From Paraspadella gotoi (lineage: Eukaryota; Animalia; Chaetognatha), in the NCBI GenBank assembly GCA_051294375.1, contig CM119268.1, positions 13,213,770 to 13,277,769 on the forward strand: a stretch of DNA of 64,000 nt. Direction: 5' to 3'. The notes beneath the pieces were generated by a model, which worked only from the letters and a program-made list of their open reading frames with translations, had not been told where the DNA came from and did no database searches. Below are positions 50,749 through 64,000 of the stretch, one piece after another. How positions within the stretch are numbered: the stretch's first letter is position 1; every line of letters begins with the position of its first letter. The position numbers and the translations under genes are program-made.

Positions 50749-52443
50749 CATGGATTGGTCGTTATTTCGACCCTTCGTCGCAATACCGTCGCCAACTCCC
50801 CGTCGTCCCCGAGGTCAAGAAAAAGTCTCGAAGTTCGTCGAGGGCGCCGCCGCCCCGGGAGAAGGATCAAAACTGCGACGGGCAATCTGTCGTCGAAAAG
50901 TCTTCAGGAAGCACTCCCGACGACAATATGGGCGATTCTGGGAGTGTTGAGAAAGGGTTTGCTGGGGGCGTCAACGTCGGAAAGATTTTAAACCCGGCGA
51001 GCGCTGACACAACCCCTTTTGCTCAGAAGTCCTCCGCTGACTCTACTATTACCGCGCGCCACATCTGGCGCCATCTCATCGGGAGAATCGCCATCTCGCG
51101 GCGTACTTAAGAACAGCGCCGCAACCACGACCATCTCTCCCACTTCCTCTAGCACCATAACCGATGTCACAAGCCGGTATATCCGGCGCCGACTCGACCG
51201 TCGTCTCGCCCGAATCCGCCGCCCGCCAGAGACGTGATGATTCGACGAGAATTTCTCAGAGTCGTTGAGGTTTTTGAAGAGCGCCGGCGGCGGACGAATT
51301 AAAGCCAAGAAAAAGGCGCCGGGAATTCCTTTCGAATTGGCGGCCGGAAAGGATCCCCCCGTCGCCATTGGCCCGGCGACGGTGCCGGGAGAGACGTCGG
51401 ACAGAATTAGCGTCAAGTCGCCCGAACGCGGGAACGGGCCTCAGGTGGGAAAGAAAAAGTGCCGTCAAAAGGAGCAAAGGCCAGAGCGCCAAGTCCGCCG
51501 AAGTTGATGAGAAACAATAGAGAAGGAAAGGGTAAATTGTCCGGGAAAAAGTCGGATTACGAGTCCAAGTTGGGCCCGGTCGAACCCGGATGGTCTTTCA
51601 TCCCTTTGCATTAGTTAGTGGAAAGTGGTTTGACAGCGTGGTTGAGCGAAACGTGGAAAAAGATGAGAAAGACACTCACCAAGAAAAGATATACTGGGCG
51701 GGAAGAAGAGTTGGAGAAGAATTCCACCTCGCAAAGGACAATATTGCATGCGTCGAAGCGATTGAAACCCACGTGGAAAAAAAGCCACGAACGTAGAGAA
51801 GACGGTGACTCAGGCCAAAAAGAATGCTTCAAGCTTGGAAAGGAATGCCGTTCGCTTCGAAGAGAGCACCACGCGGGCGAAAAAGAACGTGACCAACTCG
51901 GCGAATCGAAACCATCTATTCGAGCGTGGATAAAGCGCGAGTAGCACAGATGACGAAGGAAGCGTCAACGATGGAAACAAAGTCGCTCGAAACGGAGACG
52001 AATACAGAGACAGGCCGAGCGACAGTCGAGACAAATGACAAACGAGTTCAGACGGACGCCGCGTCTGTGACGGCGAAAGTGAAGGCCGCGATGTCGAAAT
52101 CGGCAACAAAGACGAAAGCGACGACGAAAACGACGACATCTGTTGAGGCGGCTTCGACGGCGTCTGAGTCGGTAGCTTCTCTATCGGCTACAGAAAATTC
52201 TGTTACCACGGAGAAAACAATCTCTGAATTAAAAAGTGTTGCCGAAACGCTCTCAGCTAAATCGATTTTTAAAACAGCATTATTAGCTGAAAATTCGACC
52301 GAGGTGAGCAAAATGGAACCCCAACAAACNNNNNNNNNNNCGAAACGCTCTCAGCCAAATCGATTTTTAAAACAGCATTATTAGCTGAAAATTCGGCCGA
52401 GGAGAGCAAAATGGAACCCCAACAAACACATCTTGAGTGTATC
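50749..52443 (+). CDS. Ser/Thr/Lys/Glu-rich low-complexity coding exon of unknown function (copies on the minus strand at 52469-54084, 46115-46923, 42990-43798)
   Basis: Combining copies gives one continuous frame MDWSLFRPFVAN...STPDDNMGDSGSVEKG...FSESLRFLKSAGGGRIKAKKK...TKEASTMETKSLETE...KMEPQQTHLECI. Frameshift positions differ between copies. Confidence 0.55.
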
Positions 52444-55400
52444 NNNNNNNNNNNNNNNNNNNNNNNNNAGGATCTGGCAATTGTTGCAGTTGTGCTTTGG
52501 ATTTTCCACGTGAATCGATACACTCAAGATGTGTTTGTTGGGGTTCCATTTTGCTCTCCTCGGCCGAATTTTCAGCTAATAATGCTGTTTTAAAAATCGA
52601 TTTGGCTGAGAGCGTTTCGGCAACACTTTTTAATTCAGAGATTGTTTTCTCCGTGGTAACAGAATTTTCTGTAGCCGATAGAGAAGCTACCGACTCAGAC
52701 GCCGTCGAAGCCGCCTCAACAGATGTCGTCGTTTTCGTCGTCGCTTTCGTCTTTGTTGCCGATTTCGACATCGCGGCCTTCACTTTCGCCGTCACAGACG
52801 CGGCGTCCGTCTGAACTCGTTTGTCATTTGTCTCGACTGTCGCTCGGCCTGTCTCTGTATTCGTCTCCGTTTCGAGCGACTTTGTTTCCATCGTTGACGC
52901 TTCCTTCGTCATCGTGAGACTCGCGCTTTTATCCACGCTCGAATAGATGGTTTCGATCGCCGAGTTGGTCACGTTCTTTTCCGCCCGCGTGGTGCTCTCT
53001 TCGAAGCGAACGGCATTCCTTTCCAAGCTTGAAGCATTCTTTTTGGCCTGAGTCACCGTCTTCTCTACGTTCGTGGCGTTTTTTTCCACGTGGGTTTCAA
53101 TCGCTTCGACGCATGCAATATTGTCCTTTGCGAGCGTGGAATTCTTCTCCAACTCTTCTTCCCCGCAGTAATCTTTTCTTGGTGAGTGTCTTCTCATCTT
53201 TTTCCACGTTTTCGCTCAACCACGCTGTCAAACCACTTTCCACTAACTAATGCAAAGGGATTGAACGACCATCCGGGTTCGACCGGGCCCAACTTGGACT
53301 CGTAATCCGACTTTTTCCCGGACAATTTACCCTTTCCTTCCTCATTGTTTCTCATCAACTTCGGCGGACTTGGCGCTCTGGCCTTTGCTCCTTTTGACGG
53401 CACCTTTTTCTTCCCACCTGAGGCCCGTTCCGCGTTCGGGCGACTTGACGCTAATTCTGTCCGACGTCTCTCCCGGCACCGTCGCCGGGCCAATGGCGAC
53501 GGGGGGATCCTTTCCGGCGCCAATTCGAAAGGAATTCCCGGCGCCTTTTTCTTGGCTTTAATTCGTCCGCCGCCGGCGCTCTTCAAAAACCTCAACGACT
53601 CTGAGAAATTCTCGTCGATCATCACGTCTCTGGGGGCGGTGGATTCGGGCGAGACGACGGTCGAGTCGGCGCCGGATATACCGGTTGTGACATCGGTTAT
53701 GGTGCTAGAGGAAGTGGGAGAGATGGTCGTGTTGCGGCGCTGTTCTTAAGTACGCCGCGAGATGGCGATTCTCCGGATGAGTGGCGCCAGATGTGGGCGC
53801 GGTAATAGTAGAGTCAGCGGAGGACTTCTGAGCAAAAGGGGTTGTGTCAGCGCTCGCCGGGTTTAAAATCTTTCCGACGTTGACGCCCCCAGCAAACCCT
53901 TTCTCAACACTCCCAGAATCGCCCATATTGTCGTCGGGAGTGCTTCCTGAAGACTTTTCGACGACAGATTGCCCGTCGCAGTTTTGATCCTTCCTCCAAC
54001 TTCGAGACTTTTTCTTGACCTCGGGGACGACGGGGAGTTGGCGACGGTATTGGCGACGAAGGGTCGAAATAACGACCAATCCATGTCGACGAGAAAGATA
54101 ACGAATGTGGACTTTGAGAACAGATTTTTAATTTGACCTCGTCCGTTAATTTTTTTTTAGCGGAGACACGAAGTTTATTTTTTTAATTTTGTTTTAATTT
54201 AAATTCATTATATTTTGTTTTTTGTTAACTTTCAATGTTCGCCTCGACTAGAATAGTCTCTACCTCTTTTACATTGACGCGATGACATCATAAAAAAAAA
54301 CATTTTCTGAATTAATTTTATATTGTTTTTTCTCATAGCGTTTGTTTTGTTTCGTTTCGTTTTTTTTTTAATTTCGGTTATTTTTTGGGTTTTTTTTCGT
54401 TGCCTTCTCAGTAATTTAGATATTAATGAGCGAAAAGAAGCGAAAAGAAATGACAACTAAAATAAAAACGCAATTTAAAAGCCTCACTAAAAACCTAATT
54501 CGCTTCCCCGACGCGTCCGCCAGATTTAGGAGAGTCAGGGTCGATTGGTAGGCGGGCATAGGCTTTCAAAAAATTATCCAGGTTACACCCCAGTCCACAA
54601 TGACAAGTTGAAACCCCAGCCGGCAAAAGGGTCGCCGGAAAGGGCGGTCGGGCAAGGACCACCTCGGACCCATTCGGGCAAGGATCGAGTTGTGAAGGAC
54701 GGCCGAACGATGCCCGAAAGTGTAAAAACGTCAAACGGTTTCGAGGCGAGAAATTTTCCCGGATACGAAATGACTTTTTTAAACGTTTTTCGTCATTTAA
54801 AACAACACACACACACAAAAAAAACCAATAATTGTTAAAAAGCTTCAAAAATCCTTCAGTCGAGAAAAAGAAAATTTGTCGCTAATTTTTCGAGTCGAAT
54901 TTTTCTACTTCTGGGAGGTCATCCCGATCCCGGGGCTGACTCTCGCTCGAATGGAGACGAGATGAAAAAAGAGAGACAGAGAGAGAGAGAAACTCGCAGA
55001 AGTCGAAATAGGATTTCGAGATGTTTGTCGACGACTGCGCCGACCAATTGAGCCGGCGCTGGGCCGACGCTGGGCCGAAATGTATAAGGTTTCATGGAAG
55101 CCGACGTCGATGAATAGAAGTGACTTTTTTTGGGGCAGAGGGCGGTGACTCTGTATGGATACGGAGTCGAAAAGGTCGTCTTCTACATTTTAAGAATAAA
55201 TAATGAACTCCAGGGACAGATGGTGACGTGGTAGCTACTAGAGAATTGAGAATTAGTCGTTTTGCTTATTAAGTAGCTACTAAAAACATATAGAAATAAA
55301 GTTATGTTGCGACTATTCCTTCTGGATGAATGAAGATGTTATTAAAGAACTTGCAACAGCAGCTTGAAGATTGAAAGTTATCTTGAAGGAAGAAAACCTG

Positions 55401-55731
55401 CGGTTGGTGCAATTAAAACCCACCAGGAAACGGCACGTTATGGATAATTATTAGTGTGACAAGATGATCTTTAAGTATAACAAAAGGATGTTATGATTCT
55501 AAAACCTGGAAATGACGTTTGTTTACACAAAAAAAATTGCAGAAAATTATTTTAATGAGCTTAATGAGCATATTGATAATTAAAAACTTATGTAAATCTA
55601 TTCTTATATTTTATATATCAGAAACTTTCAAAGATTAGCGCACGGTAGTGAGAGTTATCAGTAAATTTTTGAGGTCGATTCGGACGATGTAAATAACCGA
55701 TAATTGGGTCTAACGAGGACAAACGTCAAAG

Positions 55732-55801
<70 letters not shown>

Positions 55802-56016
55802 AGGAATGCGAAAAGGGTTCCTCTGGCAAACGTAATTTATTTTACGGCGTTTTTATTAATATTTATAGATTTAAAATTGTAACTACATTAGGGCAGCTCT
55901 TGGCGCATAATTGAAGTTTTAAAATTGAAATTGAAATTTTAAGTTGAGTTGATTTGGTTTTTAAACTCAAAGTTTTTAAACTTTGGAAAAAAACTTTCAA
56001 GAAGTCACACTTTTAG

Positions 56017-56103
<87 letters not shown>

Positions 56104-57518
56104 TCCTTTTTCTTTCTTTCTTATATCTTTTTTCTTTAATCGCCGAGAGAGCACGCGTCACTAATAACAAATGGTTATGAAGAGAGTTGGGCCTCTCACC
56201 CGACAGACATGTCGTAGCGGCTATCATGGTAATTTTATACTACACACAGGATACACTTGTTAACGGCTGAAACTTATTTTGACGAATGAGTCTTATTTAC
56301 CCTATATTCGGAGCCCTTTTCGTTTCCGTCGTCGCAGTCGTCGAACTCATCGTATCGATTTTTTTTGTTTCGAAACAGAAGAGCATCGAGTTTGAAAGCA
56401 ATCTAAGAAACGTCAGAGGTCTCTTCGGGCGGCGCACTTTCGCTAGATTCCTTTTGTCTTCGTTCGGATATCGAGTTTGTTTTTTCACGCATTCTATATT
56501 TATAATGTGTGTTGAGATTTCGAAACTTTTAGGCATCACATTTTTGTGTCAGTTCGGCTACAAAAAATGCCGCAGATTGAATAGTTACCAAGACCGCTTT
56601 TACTATTAATCTTTAGGAGTGAACAAATAAAAATTCTGAAACGTTTAAAAGAGTAAAATCTTGAATGTGGGCGAGAGTGAAAGAAAGGGAGTGTTAAGTG
56701 CCATTCAACACTGTGTACGAAGTAAGATGATCAAAATACTAATTTTACTGACTTTGAATAAAAATAAATAAACAAAAGTAAATCGAAAACAGTCGCGGTT
56801 AGATAGACATGTCCTAATAGTCCTATGCATGCGTAACTAAATCTAAAATCCACGGAAATACTGAGAATATTATGGAAATACTATCGGCGACAAAGTTTTT
56901 AAATTTTAATCTTTCGTGATTTGGACCTCGAGCTTTAAGTGACAAGACTCACAGCGTGAGGAAAATTTACGACAAAACGAACCAAATAAAAAACTCAATC
57001 CAAAAAATTTGAAAAAAAAAATAGAGAACTTAATATTCTTCGAACTCGATAAATAAAAAAAAAAATTTTTCTCAAATTGAGTTAAAAATGAGAAGAAAAA
57101 AAAATTGAAAACGAGTAGACGTGCGTTGGTATCCCTGTAGTTTAGACCGAAATTAGTCGGAGGAATACGAACGTATATTTATCAATTCTTTTGCATTTAG
57201 TCCGCGATATTTATCGTTCGATGTTTGTTTTTTGGTTGTTTTTCGTTTCGTCGACCTTTTTATTACCCTTAAACGGAGAGAGAAACGGAGGTTTGTTTTG
57301 ATTCCATCGGAAGGGATTCCGTCTGCAGTCTGTCGAAGGTTAGCGTCCGAATTCGGACGCAACCGCCTCGACTAATTCCACAGAGTTAATTTTTTGGAAT
57401 CCTGGTTTTCGAGATACCACTGTCGTCGTCGTCGTCGTCGTCGTCGTGGAATGGCGTTTGCTAGGAAAACGAAGCGGGGATCTCACCGCCGGAGCAGCAC
57501 AAACTGCAAGGCTTCTTT

Positions 57519-57602
<84 letters not shown>

Positions 57603-59079
57603 TTTTTTTAGTTCCGCGTTTAATTTTATTTTACTTTCATTTTCTTTTCTTAAATCTTGTTATTTGTTAAGGAATGAAGAGAAGACGAGGTATGTCATGT
57701 ATTCGCGAACTACCACAGCATCCATCAAGTTCACGGTTCTATCCTCGTTATTTTTTTCCCCTCCTCGATTTGCTTTTTTACTCGAGTTTTTTTTTTTTTT
57801 TTTAAATTTCATTTTATTCTTCCTCGATAAAACTTAAAAGTTAGATTGATTTGTTTGTTTACGATTTCGATTCCGGAGACAAAGCAAACATTAACAGGAC
57901 GACGACGACGACGACGATAAAGATAATCGAAGGAGATTCGAACTAACGTGATTCTGGTTGAGATTAGCTTTGGCAGGGATTTAGATTGTCAGAGTGACAT
58001 TGGAGAAGAATCGGCGTGATGGCGTCCGTTAGTTTCGTGAGATCTAGTCGTTGTTTCACAGAGAGCTCGTCCAGGGCTTGCAAAGGAGTGCCAGAAAGTT
58101 ATCGTTCGATTTCACGGGTGAATGTAAACTTCTGAATTTGAATAGTTGTTGCGGTTATTAGTGGAGGAAGTAAAGTCGGAGAAACGATTCTGACAGAAAA
58201 AAACAACCAAAATAGTACTGGCAACAACCACTGGCATCAAAAACGAAAATCTAGTTTCGACGGAAGAACTGCAGAATGCCATCCCAAATTTGGCGAAGAT
58301 CCGCGAAGAGAATGGAAACGAAAACGATGCCGTCGACACTCGAGACAAAACGGAAGCCAATGGCCGGCCTCAAATATTGACAAAAAGATGCCAAAAAATT
58401 CCCCGAAAATGACTTTTTAAAGGAAAGGCTGAACATTGAACTATCGCGAGCACGATACGAGGAAAAATTCTGTTCTCGAATAATATTAGGGCACAAAACG
58501 AAGAATATATAAAGCACAAAATAGTAACAAGAAATAAGGATTATTGAAGTTTATTTTTTATTTTTGTAGGGTTTTTCCATCGAATTTTTTTTTTCATTAG
58601 CGATCGAGGACGAAAAAAAAAGAAAATCTTATCGATACTTGAGTCAAAATTGAAGATAACAGCAAGAAAATGTTATTTGATGCTTTCGCTAAAAATAGTA
58701 TTTGTATTTGTAAGACTTATTTAAATATCAATGTACTTAATATATTTTTTTCTATGCAATATGTCCACTATTGCGACGTATTGTAACTCACTTTATTTTC
58801 GCTTCCCTGTGATGAGATAAACCAATAAAGAGCGTCTTTAGATCCACTAAGGACGACCAATCAAGATCGTGACGAATTCGCTTCCTGTCAGTTTAACCAA
58901 TCGAGATACGTCTTTTCTTTCCCGCCAAACCATGCGCAAATGCTATTTTAGGCGGTTAACAATATTCTGTTCATTTGTATTAAAACGTAGAGTCAATAGG
59001 ATTATCTTATCGACAAGGTTTATGTCTATATTTAACTAAAGTAATTATTATTCTTAGTTCTTTAATTGTATACGAAATC

Positions 59080-60016
59080 ATGCGGCTCGACTTTCTACTA
59101 TTCGTTCGTTCTACGTCGGCCGACCATTTTGATAGTCACCTCGAGAATTTGCGAAACCCTGTTCGATCAAATCCTGCCAAGCCTCCCGATCGTCGATGTT
59201 CGAGCCCGCGGCGTTCGCCGGGTCTGCACGCGGAAAACTGTCCCGCAGTTTGTCAATGGCTTACCTTTCACGACAGGTTTGATAAAAAGAATTAATCATC
59301 ATAACTAATCAATATTAATATCTATATATTCCGGTTCAAATCTTTCCTTAGTATTACATCCCAACGTCTACGAAATACTACTCGAGCATACTTCGTGTCA
59401 GGCGAAAGAACCCGACGGATGTCCCATCAGGGGTACTTTTCTTCGTGACCACGAGTGGACGACTACTGGCTCACGAGAGCTTTGTTACGCCCGGGTACGA
59501 GATCGCGCGATCACTCGGTGACCCGACGAGAGCACGAAGACTTTTAAGACCGCGGACCTTGATCGGTATGGATGAGATTAATTTTGTCGATAATCATTTT
59601 TTCAGATTTCGTTTGACTAATTTAGATTTTTAACTCCAGATGGGTAAAGGAGATTGCGGCATGAAAAGATCTTGGAGCTTTATCGGTCAAGTACGCCGCA
59701 ATGAGCGATCAAGGGATTCCGCGGCTCCGTTTCTGGCAGACGGCTGGTGATTTGATGTTCAAGGCCATCGAAATGGCTGGCTTGACGTTACGACACGAGC
59801 CTGCCCGCCAGTGTAGTTTTGATAATTGTTTTAAAACTGTATTAAAGCCATTGCATTATATTTTAATCACTTGACTTTAAAAAAAAATAAATCTTTGTTA
59901 CAGGCGAAAAACAACCTCCGCTCTGGCCGTACAACCTCGATACAAATCGACTCAAGGAGTGGCAAGATCGGTCCCTGCCCGTCGAACCTCATCCGGGTAT
60001 CTGGGAATTCCGATGA
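59080..60016 (+). pseudogene. error-ridden inverted partial copy of the deacetylase gene (probably an assembly artefact)
   Basis: Reverse complement of 39227-40181 with dense scattered indels. It is truncated at GIWE(V)PM and abuts an unrelated ORF. Confidence 0.7.
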
Positions 60017-63000
60017 CAGAACCCAGAAAAACGAGTGGATCAGGTAACTCTTGAACCAAAGGACCCAACGCAAAAGCAACCTTCTGAACGACCTGAAAAA
60101 CAAAAGACTTTACCGCAACCTCAAGCTAAAATACTACCGCCTCAACAGCAATCACAAAAAGCGCAACAAGAACCCTGTCATCAATTACCACAGCAGCAAA
60201 AAGAACCTTCACCATCCGCACAACAAAATAATTTACCGGAACTAAAAAAGCCGTCTCCAGGGGAAAAACTACCATCTCAACCGCAACAATTACAAGTCCA
60301 AGATCAGCAACGGGAATCGGGAGTCACCAAAAAGACTCCACCCTGGCTCGCAGCCGCTCGCACCGAGATGGCGATAGCGGATTTTGAAGGCGTCGGTCGA
60401 GAAACGGAAACGAAATCCCGGATGTTCGAGCCGCAGTTCTTGGACGTCGACGAAGTGATGGCGTTCGCGTCGAAGAAAAAGAACAGCAAATCCCCGGTGT
60501 GCGTCAAAACAGCTTTGGAGGGCATGTTCGTTCCCGATGACGATGAGAATTCGATTCCCGGAGTTGGCAACAACAACAACAACGATCGTCCGTTTCGAGA
60601 CGCTCCGCTTCCCGGGATCCAAGAGACGGATTTTCCAGTGGAGAGTGAACACGTGACGATCTCTCGAGTTTCCAGCGTTGGAAGATCTGATTCGGGAGCG
60701 TCTGTCAAGTCTGAGACGAGATCGACGAAGAAGGATGTCTCCAGTTCGTCTTCTGGAGGAAAGGTCTCCTCTTTGGAAGCTGTTGTCACTGAGGAACCGC
60801 GGGATCGACGAAGCGATAGGGCGATGGAGATCGCCACGTCATCGAAGGATCAGGAAGAGTTCGCCCAGTGCGACAGAGAAGATTCGAAGGATTTATCGGT
60901 GTCGATAGCGAAATCTCGAGTGGATTCAAGCGCCCAGGCATTTCGTCATGAACCCCGCTCCGTGTCGTCGACCTCCGGAGTCGATAAGTTGAAACCGAAC
61001 GATTTCCAAGAAAGTATTTTCGCTTCAAATCAATCTGCAGCCGACGAAACATTGGGGACGAAATCCGAAAAAAAGCCTCCGGCAACGCCTTTAGAATCCT
61101 CCACGACCCTAGAAAACGTTGCCTCTGATTCGATGAAATCATCCAACGTTCGAGACTGTAACCTCGCCTCTTGCGAAGAGGAAATCGCCGAAGTCACGTC
61201 GTCGAACGAGTTGGAGACGTTGTTGGAAGAGGATCAGCAACTGTTTTCATCGAGGACGAAACGCGTCAAGGAATCGGGATCGAAAACAAAGGCTGCGGAG
61301 TCCGTGAGGACGATGGCAACGACGTCGACGACGAGCGCCGAATCTGAAGTGTCCGCAGAGATGAGGCAGCTTGTCGCACAAGAGAAACAGTTCGAAATCA
61401 TCAGTCAGAATAAGTAAATATAAACTAAATGGCCTAAAATAATTCGTCTGTCACTTTATCCTTATCCTCACTAAGAGTCAAAAAGTATTAATTAATAAGA
61501 AGAAACTTCCATCAGATAATTTTTTTAAAACTTTCCTAATTGTGGTTAATACTTGTTATTTTTTTTCACTCCGACTTATTGCCCTGTCACCAAACGCCCA
61601 AAAAGGACTCAAATAATAAAGTGGCGTCGGAGGTTTTAAAATGAAGGCCGAAATTTAATCAGTTTTAATTTTTTCAACTTCCGTTCCTTCCTCGAATATG
61701 CAAATAAGGTTTTAATTTCGTATTCTAAACTGGCAGTGGCTAATGGTACAAATCACTGAAAAATCACGTTCCTTCGTGTCAATCTTTAAATAGAAAACCG
61801 AAAAAAAAAAGTAAAAAAGTTCGACTTGGCATAAAACTTTTTTTAAATCTCGAGGTTTATTGACGGAGTATTTTAATCTGTCTTCAGGCGCTCCTCCTAC
61901 GGCGAAGAATCTCAACGCAAAGAAATTAAACAGGTAAGTTTTTTCTTAAATTTTAAACTTCTCCGTTCCCTTCATTTGGGATCCCTTTTCCCTTTTTTTT
62001 GATTTGATGTCACAGTATATCACGTTTTTGACGTACGTTTCGTATCACTTGTCCCGCACTCCCTTAAATTCAAGTTTAGTGAAATGAAATTCTACAATCT
62101 ACATATCTACATACTTAATTAAATTTATTTTATCTCTTCAACCGAAAAAGTGATTTTTTTTGTCGTATCGCTGAGATATTTAAATTACCAACGCTGACAA
62201 CAAAAATAAGAAAATTATTATCTAAGAAGACAACTAACGACAACGACAACAATAACGGATCCAACAACTTCGTGCAGAAGGGGCGACCGAAACTGGACGA
62301 GCTAATCGGGCAGCTGGACACGATGCCTCGACACGCCGGTTTGTCGGGCGTGGCCGTCGCCCAATCTGGCTCCGTGAATTCGATCGGGGTCGCTGCTTCG
62401 GGCACCGCATCTGGCCCAGCGATTCAGTCTTCAGGCGGCGCGATTCCATCTATTGGCGCCGCGATTCCATCCCCGGCCCCAGCGCCATCGGATCCCATCT
62501 CCTTTGTCGAATCGGAGTCGGCTTTTTCGGCGCCGTCGACGAGAAAGGCGAAACCGGCGACGTCGGCGCGCGCGTTGGCGGCCAAAGCGGCGTTGGGTTC
62601 GTCCGCGTCGAATGTAGAAGAAAACGGAGTCGAGTCGAAGGCCGAAATCGAAAACGATGCTGGGCTGATAAACAATAACAAACCAGAAATCCGAAATGGA
62701 GGAATGGATCGGAAAGAGAAAAACGAAGCTGATCAGGTGCTTTTTAATTAAAAGTCTTATCTTTTTATTTAGTTGGGAGAGATAAAATAATAACAGCGAA
62801 TCTAATCTTTTTTGGGATATAAAAGCGATGAAAAGAGCTCAAGTACTCAAAAAGAGAATTTCGAATTTACCAAGTTATAATGTGTTAATTCTATTTAATA
62901 ATAATAATAATATTTTTTAAAAAAATTCTAAATTTTATATCCTTTTTAAATATAGAAAAGTGTTATTCATAGCTTTTTTGGCGATTTTCTCAGAATCCCG

Positions 63001-63539
63001 CTTTGGTTTCGGACACTTTTTCTTTGGGTTCGCTTGGGAATTCCACCGGGTGTTTGGGAGTCGCGGCAGACGAGCTACCGTCGACGAGCTTTTCTGTAAA
63101 TCGCGAAGAAACCAAGAACCATAGCAACTTCGGGGTCGAGCCTTGCGTCGAAAACTTGGCCGAGACTTCCAACCGGTCGCATCATTGCGCCTCAGAATCT
63201 ACCAGCGTCTACGCCGAGATCGCCGAGACGACGACGACGACGACGCGTTCCGAGGAGCGCAGCAGCGAGGCCGAAGCCTTTACATCTATCTCTGAAGCAA
63301 TCGAAGATGAATTCGGCGGATACGAGAGCCTCACCAAATCGACGAGGAATTCCGGAGGTCAGGCGAGCCTCGCGGAATCCTCGAGGCATTCGGAGGCCTT
63401 CGCGGAGTCTTCGCGACACTCCAGCGGCTACACCGAATCCACGTCTGCGTCGGTGGCGTCCGACGCGACGTCGCTGACGACGGTGACGGCGATGAGCGGG
63501 AATCCTCGCATGAGCGGCGGAGGTGTGAAACGTGGATGA
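60017..63539 (+). CDS. low-complexity Q/P/S/E-rich coding exons (~60017-61413, 61888-61933, ~62272-62736, ~62994-63539) with an LD-like motif; 5' end cut by the chimeric junction
   Basis: Long ORFs of 460, 159 and 178 aa with coding-like codon usage, GT donors near 61413, 61934 and 62737, and LDELIGQL at 62293-62316. Confidence 0.55.
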
Positions 63540-64000
63540 GAGAGAAAGAAGGGCGAAATTCATTTTCTCATTTTCTTTTTTTGGTCAAAATTATTTCCTT
63601 ATACTTACTATTTATCTATCTCCCCATTTGTCTGCCTGCCTGCGTGCCTTCTTTCTGCGTGTCGGCGTTCCTCACTGTCTCTTTATTCCTCTTTCATCGC
63701 AAGCAAGGATGAATTCTTTTGTACAATAAAGTGGTTTTGAATTTTTTCACCCGATTTTAAAATTAACAAGACGGAAAATGAATTTCGCCTTCAAACCGAA
63801 CCCAGGAACAAACTCTTTGCATTCGCCATCTTTGAAGACGGCCGCCGAAACGATCGCCGACGACGACGATGACGAGAAATTTAAAGTCCATGACAACGAC
63901 GACGAGGACGACGACGACCACAAAGACGATCACGATTACGACGATGACGATGAACGAAAGGAAAGCGATTCTTCTTCAGCCGACGCCGACTTCGAAGCCG

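Noticed and set aside
42990-56020. Repeated ~2.7-3.5 kb unit as a transposon or tandem gene family
   Set aside because: No transposase/RT motifs, TIRs or TSDs. Copies differ by sequencing-type indels and join at fold-backs and N gaps.
59867-60103. Novel deacetylase-Q/P-rich fusion gene at the 60016 junction
   Set aside because: The deacetylase part is heavily frameshifted and the join is mid-exon at the end of a low-quality arm, so it is most likely a chimera.

Overview
AT-rich, intron-containing animal (probably invertebrate) genomic DNA. It carries a tRNA-Asn gene; an 18-exon TRPA-type ankyrin ion channel gene (minus strand) with an unexpected N-terminal signal-anchor helix; a membrane-anchored histidine acid phosphatase gene (plus); and a very large low-complexity plus-strand locus with paxillin-type LD motifs and several alternative N-terminal modules. 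A secreted chitin/polysaccharide deacetylase gene appears nested antisense in that locus. The most novel signal is a ~250-nt, highly structured dispersed intronic element (two copies, 14.7 kb and 36.5 kb) whose minus strand has the architecture of a circularly permuted (type P5) twister ribozyme; a separate degenerate twister-like motif lies at 2.4 kb. The region 39.2-60.0 kb is a set of nested inverted duplications that fold back at (CT)n tracts. This region, the 1-1030 palindrome and the scattered 1-nt frameshifts most likely reflect whole-genome-amplification chimeras and noisy long-read errors rather than biology. All gene models were read by eye; no database search was run.
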